Assembly (NCBI GenBank): GCA_002433895.1
Contig: DJJA01000003.1
Span: 9,950 to 73,949, forward strand
Direction of reading: 5' to 3'
Source: Candidatus Gottesmanbacteria bacterium UBA6580
GTDB lineage: Bacteria; Patescibacteriota; Microgenomatia; UBA10105; UBA927
Length of the DNA stretch: 64,000 bases
This document shows, in pieces, positions 37,909-47,414 of the stretch. Position 1 is the stretch's first letter, and each line of letters starts with the position of its first letter. A model generated the notes under the pieces. That model was not told the origin of the DNA and ran no database searches. It was given only the letters and a program-made list of their open reading frames with translations. Made by a program: the position numbers and the translations under genes.

Positions 37909-37983
37909 GAGCCAGCGTAGCTCAGTGGTAGAGCAGTGTCTTCATAAGGCATTTGTCGCAGGTCCGATCCCTGCCGCTGGCAC
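37909..37983 (+). tRNA. tRNA with CAU anticodon (elongator tRNA-Met or tRNA-Ile2/lysidine), encoded CCA
   Basis: Acceptor GCCAGCG/CGCUGGC, D-arm GCUCAGUGGUAGAGC, anticodon loop UUCAUAA, T-arm GCAGG-UCCGAUC-CCUGC, discriminator A + CCA. Confidence 0.8.
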
Positions 37984-38005
37984 CAGATAGAAACCTCACT
38001 GGTGA

Positions 38006-38356
38006 TCAAAAAAATAACTCCACCCACTGCCGCCATAGCGCGACATTGCTCTTGTCCTTTGTTTCTCCCCCAGCAGTCTCTGTAGACCCAGGCATGATCA
38101 CAATCGTTTCACCCGGTTTGACCATGCCGAGCTTATCCCGGGCAATTCGCTCCACAAACTGCTCTCCACGGGCATCTTGTAGCGCATTTTCCAATGTCTT
38201 GTTTTCTTCCTGTAGCCGGACAAGATCGGCCTCCCGCTCGCTGACAATCCCACGGCGAGCCCACAGGTTAATGATGGTGCTACCCGCGCTTAGGCACAAA
38301 ACGAGGCTAATTACCCAAACGAGTATTTTTCCAATCTGAGGCTGTTTTAGTTGCAT
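38006..38356 (-). CDS. ftsB: Septum formation initiator (FtsB/DivIC family)
   Basis: 116 aa; single TM then coiled coil and conserved ARDKLGMVKPGE motif. Confidence 0.75.
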   Translation of the reverse strand: MQLKQPQIGKILVWVISLVLCLSAGSTIINLWARRGIVSEREADLVRLQEENKTLENALQDARGEQFVERIARDKLGMVKPGETIVIMPGSTETAGGETKDKSNVALWRQWVELFF

Positions 38357-38471
38357 ACGTTGCGTTTACGTCCCGTATATGATATTATAGGCTTTAACAA
38401 AACAGCTATATCCCGTTCTCCTTTCTCCCTGTCTCCGGTTGAAACGGCTCTAGCTTTTAAATGTAATTATC

Positions 38472-39332
38472 ATGACACTCGACTTAAAAGGCGCTCACAA
38501 ACAATTCGTCGAATACCTGCAGTCACGCCGCCGTGCCCACGCTACCATCGTAGCATACAGCAAGGATATAGAGCAGCTTGTGGCGTTCCTTACCAATGCG
38601 GGCAAAAAGGAAATAACAACCGTTTCCCGCGAAGAACTTGAGGCTTTCTTAAAAAAGCTTGCCGCTGATAGCTATACGCCAAAATCAATCTCACGGAAAA
38701 TTAATTCTATGAAAACCTTTTACCGGTTCTTAAAAACGACCGGCGTGCTCGCATCTGATCCCGCAAGTGACATTGAACACCCGAAATACGAAATCAAACC
38801 GCCCCGCATACTCTCAAAACTAGAGTACCGCGCGTTACGGGATGCATGCCGTAGCGATGTACGAACACATGCTATCGTCGAGCTGTTTCTCCAAACGGGA
38901 CTCCGCATTGGTGAACTCGCCAACCTTATGGTTGAAGATGTCCGTCCCAGTGAGCTGCACGTTGCTGCCCAGGAAGGACACGAGGAGCGCATGGTGCCGT
39001 TAAATCGCGCCGGCCGCGAAGCATTAGATAACTGGCTTAAAGCCAGAAACAATGATACAAAATCCCACGCCTTATTTATTACCAAAACAGGACGGCCCCT
39101 TCTTATTCGCAATATCAGAACCGCAATTGACCGCTATTTCAAAGTCGCGGGCATTGAAGACGCAAAAGTAAATGACCTCCGGCACACTTTTATCGCCCAC
39201 CATCTTATGGCCGGTACACCTATCACCACCATAAGCAAATTGGTCGGTCATAAACGCCTATCAACAACTGAAAAATATCTTGAGTTCATCAAAGATAAAC
39301 AAACCGACCACGTAAAACTGGACGAACTCTAA
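38472..39332 (+). CDS. Tyrosine site-specific recombinase (XerC/XerD-like)
   Basis: 286 aa; N-terminal SAM-like core-binding domain; catalytic residues in LRHTFIAHHL and VGHKRLSTTEKYL (H-x-x-R ... Y). Confidence 0.8.
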   Translation: MTLDLKGAHKQFVEYLQSRRRAHATIVAYSKDIEQLVAFLTNAGKKEITTVSREELEAFLKKLAADSYTPKSISRKINSMKTFYRFLKTTGVLASDPASDIEHPKYEIKPPRILSKLEYRALRDACRSDVRTHAIVELFLQTGLRIGELANLMVEDVRPSELHVAAQEGHEERMVPLNRAGREALDNWLKARNNDTKSHALFITKTGRPLLIRNIRTAIDRYFKVAGIEDAKVNDLRHTFIAHHLMAGTPITTISKLVGHKRLSTTEKYLEFIKDKQTDHVKLDEL

Positions 39333-39339
39333 AGCGATT

Positions 39340-39556
39340 TGTATACTATAAAAGGCGCTTGTAGTCTGACCAGTCATCAGACGAGCCATCCGCACGAACA
39401 TTGGCATTCTTTGCTGATAAGTAATCGGAACGGGTAAGCCCGTCATAGCAGTAATGAGATCCGCCGGCTGGCGGAAACTAAGGTGGTACCACGGATTAGC
39501 GCGATTAACTGCGGCTGACTCGTCCTTATAGTAAGATATAAGTGGCGGGTTTTTTT
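39340..39556 (+). promoter_or_regulatory. T-box-like leader upstream of valS (conserved T-box sequence AACUAAGGUGGUACCACGG at 39476..39494)
   Basis: Near-consensus T-box motif (AAnUAGGGUGGNACCGCG) with a UGGU bulge candidate; upstream GUC-A candidates for a Val specifier (39373..39376); a T7 run abuts the valS ATG. Confidence 0.5.
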
Positions 39557-41791
39557 ATGGATAAAAACTTTGATCCTAAGGCAACAGAAGATGCAATATA
39601 CCGGATGTGGGAAACCGGCGGTTTTTTTGCGCCCAACAAGAGTTCACAAGCCAAGCCGTTTACCATTATCATGCCTCCACCCAACGCTAATGATCCCCTG
39701 CATATCGGGCACGCCATGTTTATCACGATTGAAGATATCCTCATCCGCTACCACCGGATGAAAGGAGAAAGCACACTCTGGCTCCCCGGCACCGACCACG
39801 CGGGCATTGAAACACAATTTGTATTTGAAAAAAAACTTGCCAAACAAGACAAAAGCCGGTTTAATTTTGACCGTGAAACCCTCTACAAAATGATATGGGA
39901 TTACGTTCAGGAAAACTCCGGCGTGGCGATTGATCAGATGAAAAAGCTGGGTGCTTCTGCCGACTGGAGCACATTTAAGTTTACGCTTGATCCCGATATC
40001 GTTGCACGCGTACTGGAAACGTTCATCAAACTCCATAAAGATAACCTGGTATACCGCGGTCAAAAACTTATAAATTACTGCACTAAATGTGGTACAGGGT
40101 ACTCTGAGCTTGAGGTGGAGCATGTCGAGGAAACCACAAAGCTTTATTTCATCAAATACGGACCATTCGTGCTGGCAACCACTCGGCCGGAAACAAAGTT
40201 TGCCGATACTGCGGTTGCCGTCAACCCCAATGACAAACGATATAAAAGCTACATAGGCCAGGAAATAGAAGTTATGGGACTATTAGGCACATTCAAATTG
40301 AAGGTTATCGCCGATGATTATGTCGACCCTGAATTTGGCACGGGGGTTGTAAAAATTACGCCATATCACGACTTTAACGACTTTGACGTATGGCAACGGC
40401 ATATAGACGAAATACCGGCTCCCAAGCAGGTTATCGACAAGCAAGGAAAGCTCACATCCATCGCGGGAAAATATGCCGGAATGAAAATTAAAGCCGCGCG
40501 GGAGATGATCGAAAAAGACCTCGGTGAAAAAGGGTTACTCGCCAAACCAAGCGAAGCCTACACACACAACGTTGGCGTATGTTACCGGTGTAAAACAGTC
40601 CTGGAACCGCTGCCGCTTACGCAATTTTTTATCAAAACCAAGCCACTCGTTGAGGGCGCACTTCGCGCGCTTGATACGGGTGAAACAAAGATATTGGGTG
40701 CGGGACAAGATAAAATATTGCGGCATTGGCTCACCAATATCCGCGACTGGAATATTAGCAGACAAATTGTGTGGGGCATCCGGATTCCGGTTTGGTACAA
40801 CATCAAAGGACATGAACAACGGGCATGGCTGAGCTTTCTCGACAAGGAGGGCAAGCAACAACAAGGTACGCTTGCTCAATATTTGAATGAATTCGGATTT
40901 GACCATATCAAAAAAAATCTTCAACAAATCGACGTAGGAACATGGAGTGAAGGGAACAATCCTGACTGGGTAGTCAGCGTCACCGAGCCAAGCGAAGATG
41001 GGTTATGGATCCAGGAAACGGATACCTTTGATACCTGGTTTTCTTCCGGTCAGTGGCCGGTCGTGACGTTGCAAACGAACGGTGCTGCCGTATTTGAAAA
41101 ATTTTATCCCACATCGGTTATGGAAACGGGCTACGATATATTGCCGATTTGGGTCATGCGGATGATGCTTCTGGGCATCTATGTCACGGGGAAATCACCG
41201 TTTACTACCGTGTATCTTCACGGACTCGTCCGTGATGAAAAAGGGCAAAAAATGAGTAAGTCAAAAGGAAATGTCATCAATCCACTGGACATGGTCGACA
41301 AATACGGCGCTGATGCGATCAGGATCGCGCTTGTCATGAGCTCAACTCCGGGTCAGGACAAGGCGGTCGGCGAAAACACCATCCGTGGCATGCGCAACTT
41401 TTCCAATAAAATCTGGAACGCTGCCCGCTTCGTGTATATGGAGAAGCAACATGCTGAAGCTACCGACGCGCCGGGCATTGAAGATAATAATTTTATGAAA
41501 AAACTGGACGAAACGGTACATTCAATTACACAGCTTTTAAATGCGCTTCGGGTGGGGCTTGCAGCAGAAACAGTACACAATGAATTTTGGCACTGGTACT
41601 GCGATGTGGCCATTGAACAAAGAAAGCGGAAAGAAATTTCCTTACAAGCGCTTGAAACAGGGCTAACCACATTCCTCACCCTGCTCCACCCATTTATGCC
41701 GTTTGTCACTGAAGAAATATGGGGGAAATTTGTAAACGACGGCCGCTCCCCGCTTATCATCTCCTCATGGCCGGAAAATAAAAACGTTTAG
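39557..41791 (+). CDS. valS: Valine--tRNA ligase (short form lacking C-terminal coiled coil)
   Basis: ORF 39542..41791, with a start at MDKNF. PPNANDPLHIGHA...RY.RM.G...LW.PGTDHAGIETQ matches the ValRS N-terminus; KMSKSKGN present. Confidence 0.8.
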   Translation: MDKNFDPKATEDAIYRMWETGGFFAPNKSSQAKPFTIIMPPPNANDPLHIGHAMFITIEDILIRYHRMKGESTLWLPGTDHAGIETQFVFEKKLAKQDKSRFNFDRETLYKMIWDYVQENSGVAIDQMKKLGASADWSTFKFTLDPDIVARVLETFIKLHKDNLVYRGQKLINYCTKCGTGYSELEVEHVEETTKLYFIKYGPFVLATTRPETKFADTAVAVNPNDKRYKSYIGQEIEVMGLLGTFKLKVIADDYVDPEFGTGVVKITPYHDFNDFDVWQRHIDEIPAPKQVIDKQGKLTSIAGKYAGMKIKAAREMIEKDLGEKGLLAKPSEAYTHNVGVCYRCKTVLEPLPLTQFFIKTKPLVEGALRALDTGETKILGAGQDKILRHWLTNIRDWNISRQIVWGIRIPVWYNIKGHEQRAWLSFLDKEGKQQQGTLAQYLNEFGFDHIKKNLQQIDVGTWSEGNNPDWVVSVTEPSEDGLWIQETDTFDTWFSSGQWPVVTLQTNGAAVFEKFYPTSVMETGYDILPIWVMRMMLLGIYVTGKSPFTTVYLHGLVRDEKGQKMSKSKGNVINPLDMVDKYGADAIRIALVMSSTPGQDKAVGENTIRGMRNFSNKIWNAARFVYMEKQHAEATDAPGIEDNNFMKKLDETVHSITQLLNALRVGLAAETVHNEFWHWYCDVAIEQRKRKEISLQALETGLTTFLTLLHPFMPFVTEEIWGKFVNDGRSPLIISSWPENKNV

Positions 41792-42768
41792 AATTCTGCG
41801 GATCTTGTTGTGGGAGTTGCTGCCGGCAGACTCACGGAAGGTGTGGCAGTATTGACTACACCCGTCTTAAACGAAGCAATAATTTCGTTAAACACGACAT
41901 CGTCACTGGCAAAATCAGAGGTAATTCCCGCCGGAGCAAAGTGATTAAATTCAACCGCAAGCGTCTCTGAAACCGGCATAAGCACGCCACGGATAGCGGT
42001 AAAGGTATAACCACCTCCGGTTCTCCCGGTAAAATTCCCGGTGTACTCATAGGCATATACGCCGCCATATACCCCCTGTTTCATCGTAAACTCACGACCG
42101 GCGGCATCAGTAAGAATGGCACCACGAAAATCAGGTAGTAATTGTCCTTTTCCCCGCGCTGCGACGGTGAAACGGGTTCCCCCGGGTAAGTTAGTGCCCT
42201 GAGATGCACAACTTTGACTGTCACATACCGGTGCTTTTATCCCACTCGGCATTTGATACGTTAATCCGTCAATTGGTTTTTTTGTTACACCGCTTATGAC
42301 GTTGTACACCTGACGCACGCCGGATGGCGCCGCACCTGAAGGGCTTGCCACACCAGCCGCTGGAGGGCTAACCCGCGCAACGGGAGCAAGGGTTGGCACG
42401 ACCGTCTCTTCTGAGACTGACGGCGCAAAAAATGTACGCAACTGACTACTCAACCATACGCCAAGTCCGAAAAGGATAACAATAAATAAAATTGTTCCAA
42501 GATGATTTTTCTTCGATGGTTTCTTTATGTGTTCTTCCGTTACGTGCAAACCCTCAGACAACGGGTCATTTTTCTGTGCTACCTCAGGTGAAGGTTGAAA
42601 TACCCGGGACGCTTCAGGAATTACGGACGCCACCTCATCCTCCCGTTCGCTTGTTGAGAGCGGAGCCTGTGCTGATGCTACCTCTCCTGAAACTGGATCG
42701 ATAATCGGAGTTTCTTCGTAAGAGAGTGATGGCTTTTCTTCGGAGTTCTGTTTTAGTGGTTCATCCAT
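41788..42768 (-). CDS. Hypothetical membrane-anchored protein (acidic N-terminus, one TM, extracellular domain)
   Basis: 326 aa ORF; TM at ILFIVILFGLGVWL. Confidence 0.4.
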   Translation of the reverse strand: MDEPLKQNSEEKPSLSYEETPIIDPVSGEVASAQAPLSTSEREDEVASVIPEASRVFQPSPEVAQKNDPLSEGLHVTEEHIKKPSKKNHLGTILFIVILFGLGVWLSSQLRTFFAPSVSEETVVPTLAPVARVSPPAAGVASPSGAAPSGVRQVYNVISGVTKKPIDGLTYQMPSGIKAPVCDSQSCASQGTNLPGGTRFTVAARGKGQLLPDFRGAILTDAAGREFTMKQGVYGGVYAYEYTGNFTGRTGGGYTFTAIRGVLMPVSETLAVEFNHFAPAGITSDFASDDVVFNEIIASFKTGVVNTATPSVSLPAATPTTRSAEF

Positions 42769-42787
42769 ATAATTTATTGTACCCTCA

Positions 42788-43990
42788 TTACTTTCTCACA
42801 AACAAGATAGCATTCGGAATATTTCTCCCGGGACCGACTTTGTATCCCCCGCTCCACAATGCCGTGGATCCGCCGTTATCTAAGTTCAATGCATTTTCGA
42901 GTCCCATCGTTTTTAACACATGCGCAACCTCTGCCACGGTCGCACTATGCACTACGCCAATATATGCAGTAGTTCCTTTGTTTCCCACAAAACTTCGGTT
43001 TCCTTTACTCCCCTTTTTTGGGTCTCCGTCACCTCCGAATACAATATTGCCTCCGGACAAAAGCAGTGGTTGCATCGCAAGCACGCTGTCAGGCCCGGTA
43101 TCCCTACCCCAATCCAACGAACGGCCGACAAAGCGCATTGATCCCGGCAAAAAAATAACGGCAGGCACGGTACTATATACGTTGTTGTCTGAATTAAAAT
43201 ACACTTTATTTTTGTTCATAAGTAACGTGTCAAAGGAATTTTTTTTGTCTGCACAACTTGGATAATCTGCGGGGCAGAAATATGTTCCGTTTATCCCGGC
43301 GAAGGCACCGTTTCGGGACACGTAATCGGCAAGTGACAAAGCGGGACAATCGCTGGTACAAGTACTTTCCGAAGCGGTGTCAACGATAACGCGGGTAGAA
43401 CCCATATCAGCGGCGATAATATCAACTAAATAGGTACCTATCTCCGCGTTGACCGATTGACGGCTAAATCCCGTGCCGGGAGCAACATTGCTCTCTGGAA
43501 CATTTGCCGGTATGACAAAACTAGCGGCAATCTTTTGTCGAGCGGCGATAATATCTTTTGAGATTGCCGCAAGTTGTGCCGCCGCCGTTGACCAATTTCT
43601 TTTTGATAATTCATGCAAGCTATCTGCTAAATGTTCCTCCAGTTTAGCGGTATCCCGGGTGACGGATCGTAAATCGATAAGCTCCTCATACGTTACCACA
43701 GCTTGCTCGTATACCTTCTTTATGTTATTAATCTCCGCTTCAAGCCGGTCGTTCCGGGCCAACTGGTCTTCACTGCGTATTTCTTGCAACTCTGTCATAA
43801 GCCGGTTAATCTCGACCTCGGTCTGCACGCGTTGTACTTCAAGCATTTTATTCCTACCGACGTACACCGATATAGCAAATAGCGAAAGTCCGGTAACTAC
43901 AAGCACTGTGCTCATGTAGAGGCCAATAGGCACTTTGGGGAATGTTAACTGAGAAGTGGTTGGGGTTCCCTTCGGCAGCTGAACCTTCAT
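42788..43990 (-). CDS. Phosphodiester glycosidase-family protein (DUF2233-like), membrane-anchored with coiled coil
   Basis: ORF 42788..44035; C-terminal NALNLDNGGSTAL motif typical of the family; N-terminal TM plus coiled coil. Confidence 0.55.
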   Translation of the reverse strand: MKVQLPKGTPTTSQLTFPKVPIGLYMSTVLVVTGLSLFAISVYVGRNKMLEVQRVQTEVEINRLMTELQEIRSEDQLARNDRLEAEINNIKKVYEQAVVTYEELIDLRSVTRDTAKLEEHLADSLHELSKRNWSTAAAQLAAISKDIIAARQKIAASFVIPANVPESNVAPGTGFSRQSVNAEIGTYLVDIIAADMGSTRVIVDTASESTCTSDCPALSLADYVSRNGAFAGINGTYFCPADYPSCADKKNSFDTLLMNKNKVYFNSDNNVYSTVPAVIFLPGSMRFVGRSLDWGRDTGPDSVLAMQPLLLSGGNIVFGGDGDPKKGSKGNRSFVGNKGTTAYIGVVHSATVAEVAHVLKTMGLENALNLDNGGSTALWSGGYKVGPGRNIPNAILFVRK

Positions 43991-44071
43991 ACTGTGATTA
44001 AGTGTAATACAAAATACGAGGGTTACACAATCCAAATAGAAGTCATCAGATATTCACGCGACACGAAGCTA

Positions 44072-44635
44072 TTATCCGCGCTCGAGATATGCGCCGGTTT
44101 CAGGATCTATACCGATCTTGTCACCCTCTTTAATAAAGAGTGGCACAGTAATAACAGCGCCCGTTTCCACTACGACTGTTTTCGTCGCTCCCGATGCAGT
44201 ATTTCCCTTTACGCCTTCGTCCGCTTCCGTAACGGTAAGCCATACTTTTTTAGGAAACCGCACACCCACGGCATCCTCGCCATAGACTAACACCTGGTAG
44301 GTATCGTTTGGCTTAAGGTATTTGATAAACCCTTCCAGCAGACCTTCAGAAATATTGAACTGCTCATAACTGAAATTATCCATAAACACATATGAATCGC
44401 CCTCTTTATAAAGGTACTGCATTTCGCGGGTGAGAATTGGAAGTTCTTCAACAGTTTCCCCTGACTTGTAGGTAAACTCAATCACCTTCCCGGTTTTCAG
44501 GCTTTTTAGCTTTGCACGGACAAACGCGCTGCCCTTCCCCGGATTTACAAACTGAAAGTCCACAATCTGATTTGGCTCGTTGCGGAATTCAATAAAATTC
44601 CCTTTTTTAAAATTTGCGGTCGTTATGGTAGCCAT
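44072..44635 (-). CDS. efp: Elongation factor P
   Basis: 187 aa; N-terminal KOW-like domain with NPGKGSAFVRAKLK loop (modifiable Lys present). Confidence 0.9.
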   Translation of the reverse strand: MATITTANFKKGNFIEFRNEPNQIVDFQFVNPGKGSAFVRAKLKSLKTGKVIEFTYKSGETVEELPILTREMQYLYKEGDSYVFMDNFSYEQFNISEGLLEGFIKYLKPNDTYQVLVYGEDAVGVRFPKKVWLTVTEADEGVKGNTASGATKTVVVETGAVITVPLFIKEGDKIGIDPETGAYLERG

Positions 44636-44642
44636 AGTTCAA

Positions 44643-44664
44643 ATAAAAAATCCCCTTCGGGATA
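44643..44664 (-). terminator. Rho-independent terminator downstream of epmA
   Basis: atcccgaaggggat hairpin followed by T6 on the minus strand. Confidence 0.5.
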
Positions 44665-44714
44665 CCGGTATTATCCCATAAACACCCATATAAGATCAAT
44701 TCCTGTGTGTTTCC

Positions 44715-45779
44715 CTATGCGTTTTCAAACAATTCGTTTGCGGGGAACAACAAGGTTTCCTGTATCGTTTTTACATCTGCAAACAACATGACCAAACGGT
44801 CAACACCTATTGCTATACCACTACAGTCAGGAAGGCCAATTTTGAGCGCCTCAATAAAATCGTGATCGTAGTCATACATAGTTTTTCCTGAACGTTTTAG
44901 CTCTTTCAGTTCATTTTCAAAACGAGATTGCTGCTCCCGCCAATCAGTCAGCTCACTATAACAATCACCGAGCTCCAATCCTTCTATATAAAATTCAAAC
45001 CGTTCAGCGAACCGCGGGTCAGACTGTTTTCGCCGGGCAAGCGCAGCCATACTCCCGGGAAATTCATACAAAATCGTAGGCTTGCCCCTACCCAAGTGAG
45101 GCTCCACTTCATTAAGAAATATCTGATTGTATAACTCCTCCCATGACGTATCAGCGCTCACGGTATATCCTTTCTTTACTGCTATTTCTTTGGCTTTTTC
45201 CATTTCTAAAAATTGCACGAAATCTATCCCCGCCCATTTTTTAAATGCCTCGACCATTGTAAGTTTTTCCCATGGCGCGGATAGATCTACTACTGTATTT
45301 TGATACGTCAACGTAGGTGATGTATCTCCCGGTTTTTTTTGTTTTTTAACAATATACTCCCGGATATACAGCAGTAAAGACTCGCAGTCGCTCATTATCT
45401 CCTTATAATCGGCGCCCACCCGGTACCACTCTAATATGGTGAATTCAGGGTTATGAAGTGAGCTTTGCATTTCCATGTTCCGGAAACTCTTGGTCAGCGC
45501 ATAACAATTTCCGAGACCGGCAACCATTAATTTTTTAAGCGGCACTTCTGGAGAAGTTGAAAGATACGCATGCTTCCCATTTCTATTTCTATCAAGCAAC
45601 TTTGTTTCGAAGACGTCCAAATAGCTTTCCGCGGGAGGGTTCGCTATCAAAAGCGGTGTTTCCACTTCATGAAAATCCTGCCGGTCAAAAAATTCACGGA
45701 TCGCATGAAGCACGTGTTCACGGATAACATACCGCTGCCATAACTGAGGATCCGCATGTAATTTTTGCCACGTTGTCAT
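44715..45779 (-). CDS. epmA: EF-P--(R)-beta-lysine ligase (EpmA/PoxA; LysRS catalytic-domain paralog)
   Basis: ORF 44715..45797; FRNME, HNPEFTILEWY, ERFEFYIEGLELGDCYSELTDWREQQSRFE, LPDCSGIAIGVDRLVML closely parallel E. coli EpmA. Confidence 0.85.
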   Translation of the reverse strand: MTTWQKLHADPQLWQRYVIREHVLHAIREFFDRQDFHEVETPLLIANPPAESYLDVFETKLLDRNRNGKHAYLSTSPEVPLKKLMVAGLGNCYALTKSFRNMEMQSSLHNPEFTILEWYRVGADYKEIMSDCESLLLYIREYIVKKQKKPGDTSPTLTYQNTVVDLSAPWEKLTMVEAFKKWAGIDFVQFLEMEKAKEIAVKKGYTVSADTSWEELYNQIFLNEVEPHLGRGKPTILYEFPGSMAALARRKQSDPRFAERFEFYIEGLELGDCYSELTDWREQQSRFENELKELKRSGKTMYDYDHDFIEALKIGLPDCSGIAIGVDRLVMLFADVKTIQETLLFPANELFENA

Positions 45780-45840
45780 AGTAATAATACATCCCAAACT
45801 TCATTATAAACGAGTGGCCCAAAAAAGTTGTATGGCTGAA

Positions 45841-46095
45841 TTATTTATTGCGGCGGGAAGATTTCTTAGGAGGCGTCGTAAATGCTTTCACAATAAACAT
45901 GAGATAGAAAAATTCTACGACACCAGCGGTGTGTACAAGAAGAAAAAAAATAAACCATCCCTTGTCCTGTCTCCGTGCCGCATGCCATAGTGCAAAACCG
46001 GTCCAGAGAAGTGACCATAACGCGAGTAAACCAATACCTGCACCCCACCAGTGCTCAAAATTTACGCGCCCGTTTCCTAAATACCACGGCATCAT
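45841..46095 (-). CDS. Hypothetical small membrane protein
   Basis: 84 aa; two TM helices, Trp-rich. Confidence 0.3.
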   Translation of the reverse strand: MMPWYLGNGRVNFEHWWGAGIGLLALWSLLWTGFALWHAARRQDKGWFIFFLLVHTAGVVEFFYLMFIVKAFTTPPKKSSRRNK

Positions 46096-46096
46096 A

Positions 46097-46750
46097 TTAA
46101 AGGAATTTCACAACGTTCGATTGCTGACGGAGGTCCAAAAACCATGACTGCAACTTTTCGCTCACTGCGTTACCGATGATCGCCTTCCTCGCTTCTTCAC
46201 GGAGCGCTGCTGGCTCTGTTGCGGTGAGAAGCGAACTGCTCGTCGCGATATAATTATCGATATCCGCGTCCGTTACCGTAAGATCCTTCGATAACAATTT
46301 TTCGACCGTCAACTGCACTCTGAGCTGTTGATTAAAATCGGCCTCAGTTAATCCCTGAAACTGTAAAAAGTCCGCAAGACTCACTTCCGTTCCCAAACTC
46401 GATAATATCTCCTTCTGTTTGGCTTGTATTTCTTCACTGCTTATAACAACACCTGATTTTTGTGCTTCTTTCTCAATAAGCACTTCACCAATCATTCCTT
46501 CAAGGGTTTGCTGCCCATAACGAGTACGGAGTGTGTTATTAAGTTGCCAACTGAATATCGGTTGTCCATTTACTACTGCGGCTAAAACTAAACCTTTGTT
46601 TACCGAACCAAGCACAAGAAGAAGGACACCTAATCCAATAAGAACCCACCGCCATGGAAAGCCTTTGCGGATACTTGTGGCAGACATTGAAGCTTCATAT
46701 ACCGGTGGAACAGGAACTACTACTTTTTTAACAGATTCTTTTTTTGCCAT
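46097..46750 (-). CDS. SurA N-terminal-domain-like periplasmic chaperone/PPIase-family protein, membrane-anchored
   Basis: ORF 46097..46837, with a start at MAKKES. Single TM then helical chaperone-like domain. Confidence 0.45.
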   Translation of the reverse strand: MAKKESVKKVVVPVPPVYEASMSATSIRKGFPWRWVLIGLGVLLLVLGSVNKGLVLAAVVNGQPIFSWQLNNTLRTRYGQQTLEGMIGEVLIEKEAQKSGVVISSEEIQAKQKEILSSLGTEVSLADFLQFQGLTEADFNQQLRVQLTVEKLLSKDLTVTDADIDNYIATSSSLLTATEPAALREEARKAIIGNAVSEKLQSWFLDLRQQSNVVKFL

Positions 46751-47012
46751 ATCTCGCAGAATACCATAGAAAATACCCTCATTCAAGGAGAAGACAAAAT
46801 GAGCGGGTGCGTAACCGCTGCCACACCATCTCACCATTCGTCGATTGCGCGATAATCCCGTTTATCATAGACTAATACCCGTACACACAAACCATAGTAT
46901 GAATAAGCGTGATCCGTCACCAAATCATTCCGAAGGCCAACCACCGAAAAGTAATTATTTACCGCAGTTTACCCGATTTTTTTCCGCACCGCTCGCCAAA
47001 CGGCTTTTTTCC

Positions 47013-47396
47013 ATGTCTATTAAGGGTGCTATTTGGACACTTCTTCTTTTTCTTCTCCTCACAAATGTAGCACTGAGCAACCGTGGCGTAGCATCGTATT
47101 TTGAAGCAACCTTCCGCCGCATTTCCGGTGGCGGTGCAAAACAACCAAACGTACTCGGAACAACAAGTAAATCCTCCAACGCCTCGCCGACAATAGGCGA
47201 CCTAAAAAAACAATATGACCATTGGGAAAAAATTGTCGCTGAGCTTCCTGACTACCGTGATGGCCATTTTGCGCTTGCCACACTCGCCTATCAACTCGGA
47301 GATACAGATGTTTCAATGCAGCATCTTATGATAGTAAAAGAAATGGATCCGAACTTCCCGGGGCTTAAGCAACTTGAAGCGGTCCTCGTAAAATAA
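47013..47396 (+). CDS. Hypothetical membrane-anchored protein (start uncertain; alternatives 46845/46899)
   Basis: N-terminal TM (WTLLLFLLL) then TPR-like helical C-terminus. Confidence 0.35.
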   Translation: MSIKGAIWTLLLFLLLTNVALSNRGVASYFEATFRRISGGGAKQPNVLGTTSKSSNASPTIGDLKKQYDHWEKIVAELPDYRDGHFALATLAYQLGDTDVSMQHLMIVKEMDPNFPGLKQLEAVLVK

Positions 47397-47414
47397 CATC
47401 AATTGGCGGACTTC

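Noticed and set aside
38472-39332. Tyrosine recombinase 490 nt downstream of a tRNA gene, which could mark an integrated mobile element
   Set aside because: The gene between them is the core cell-division gene ftsB and the gene after the recombinase is valS. No phage, plasmid or cargo genes and no attL/attR-like direct repeat of the tRNA 3' end were seen. It is more likely the chromosomal Xer-type dimer-resolution recombinase.
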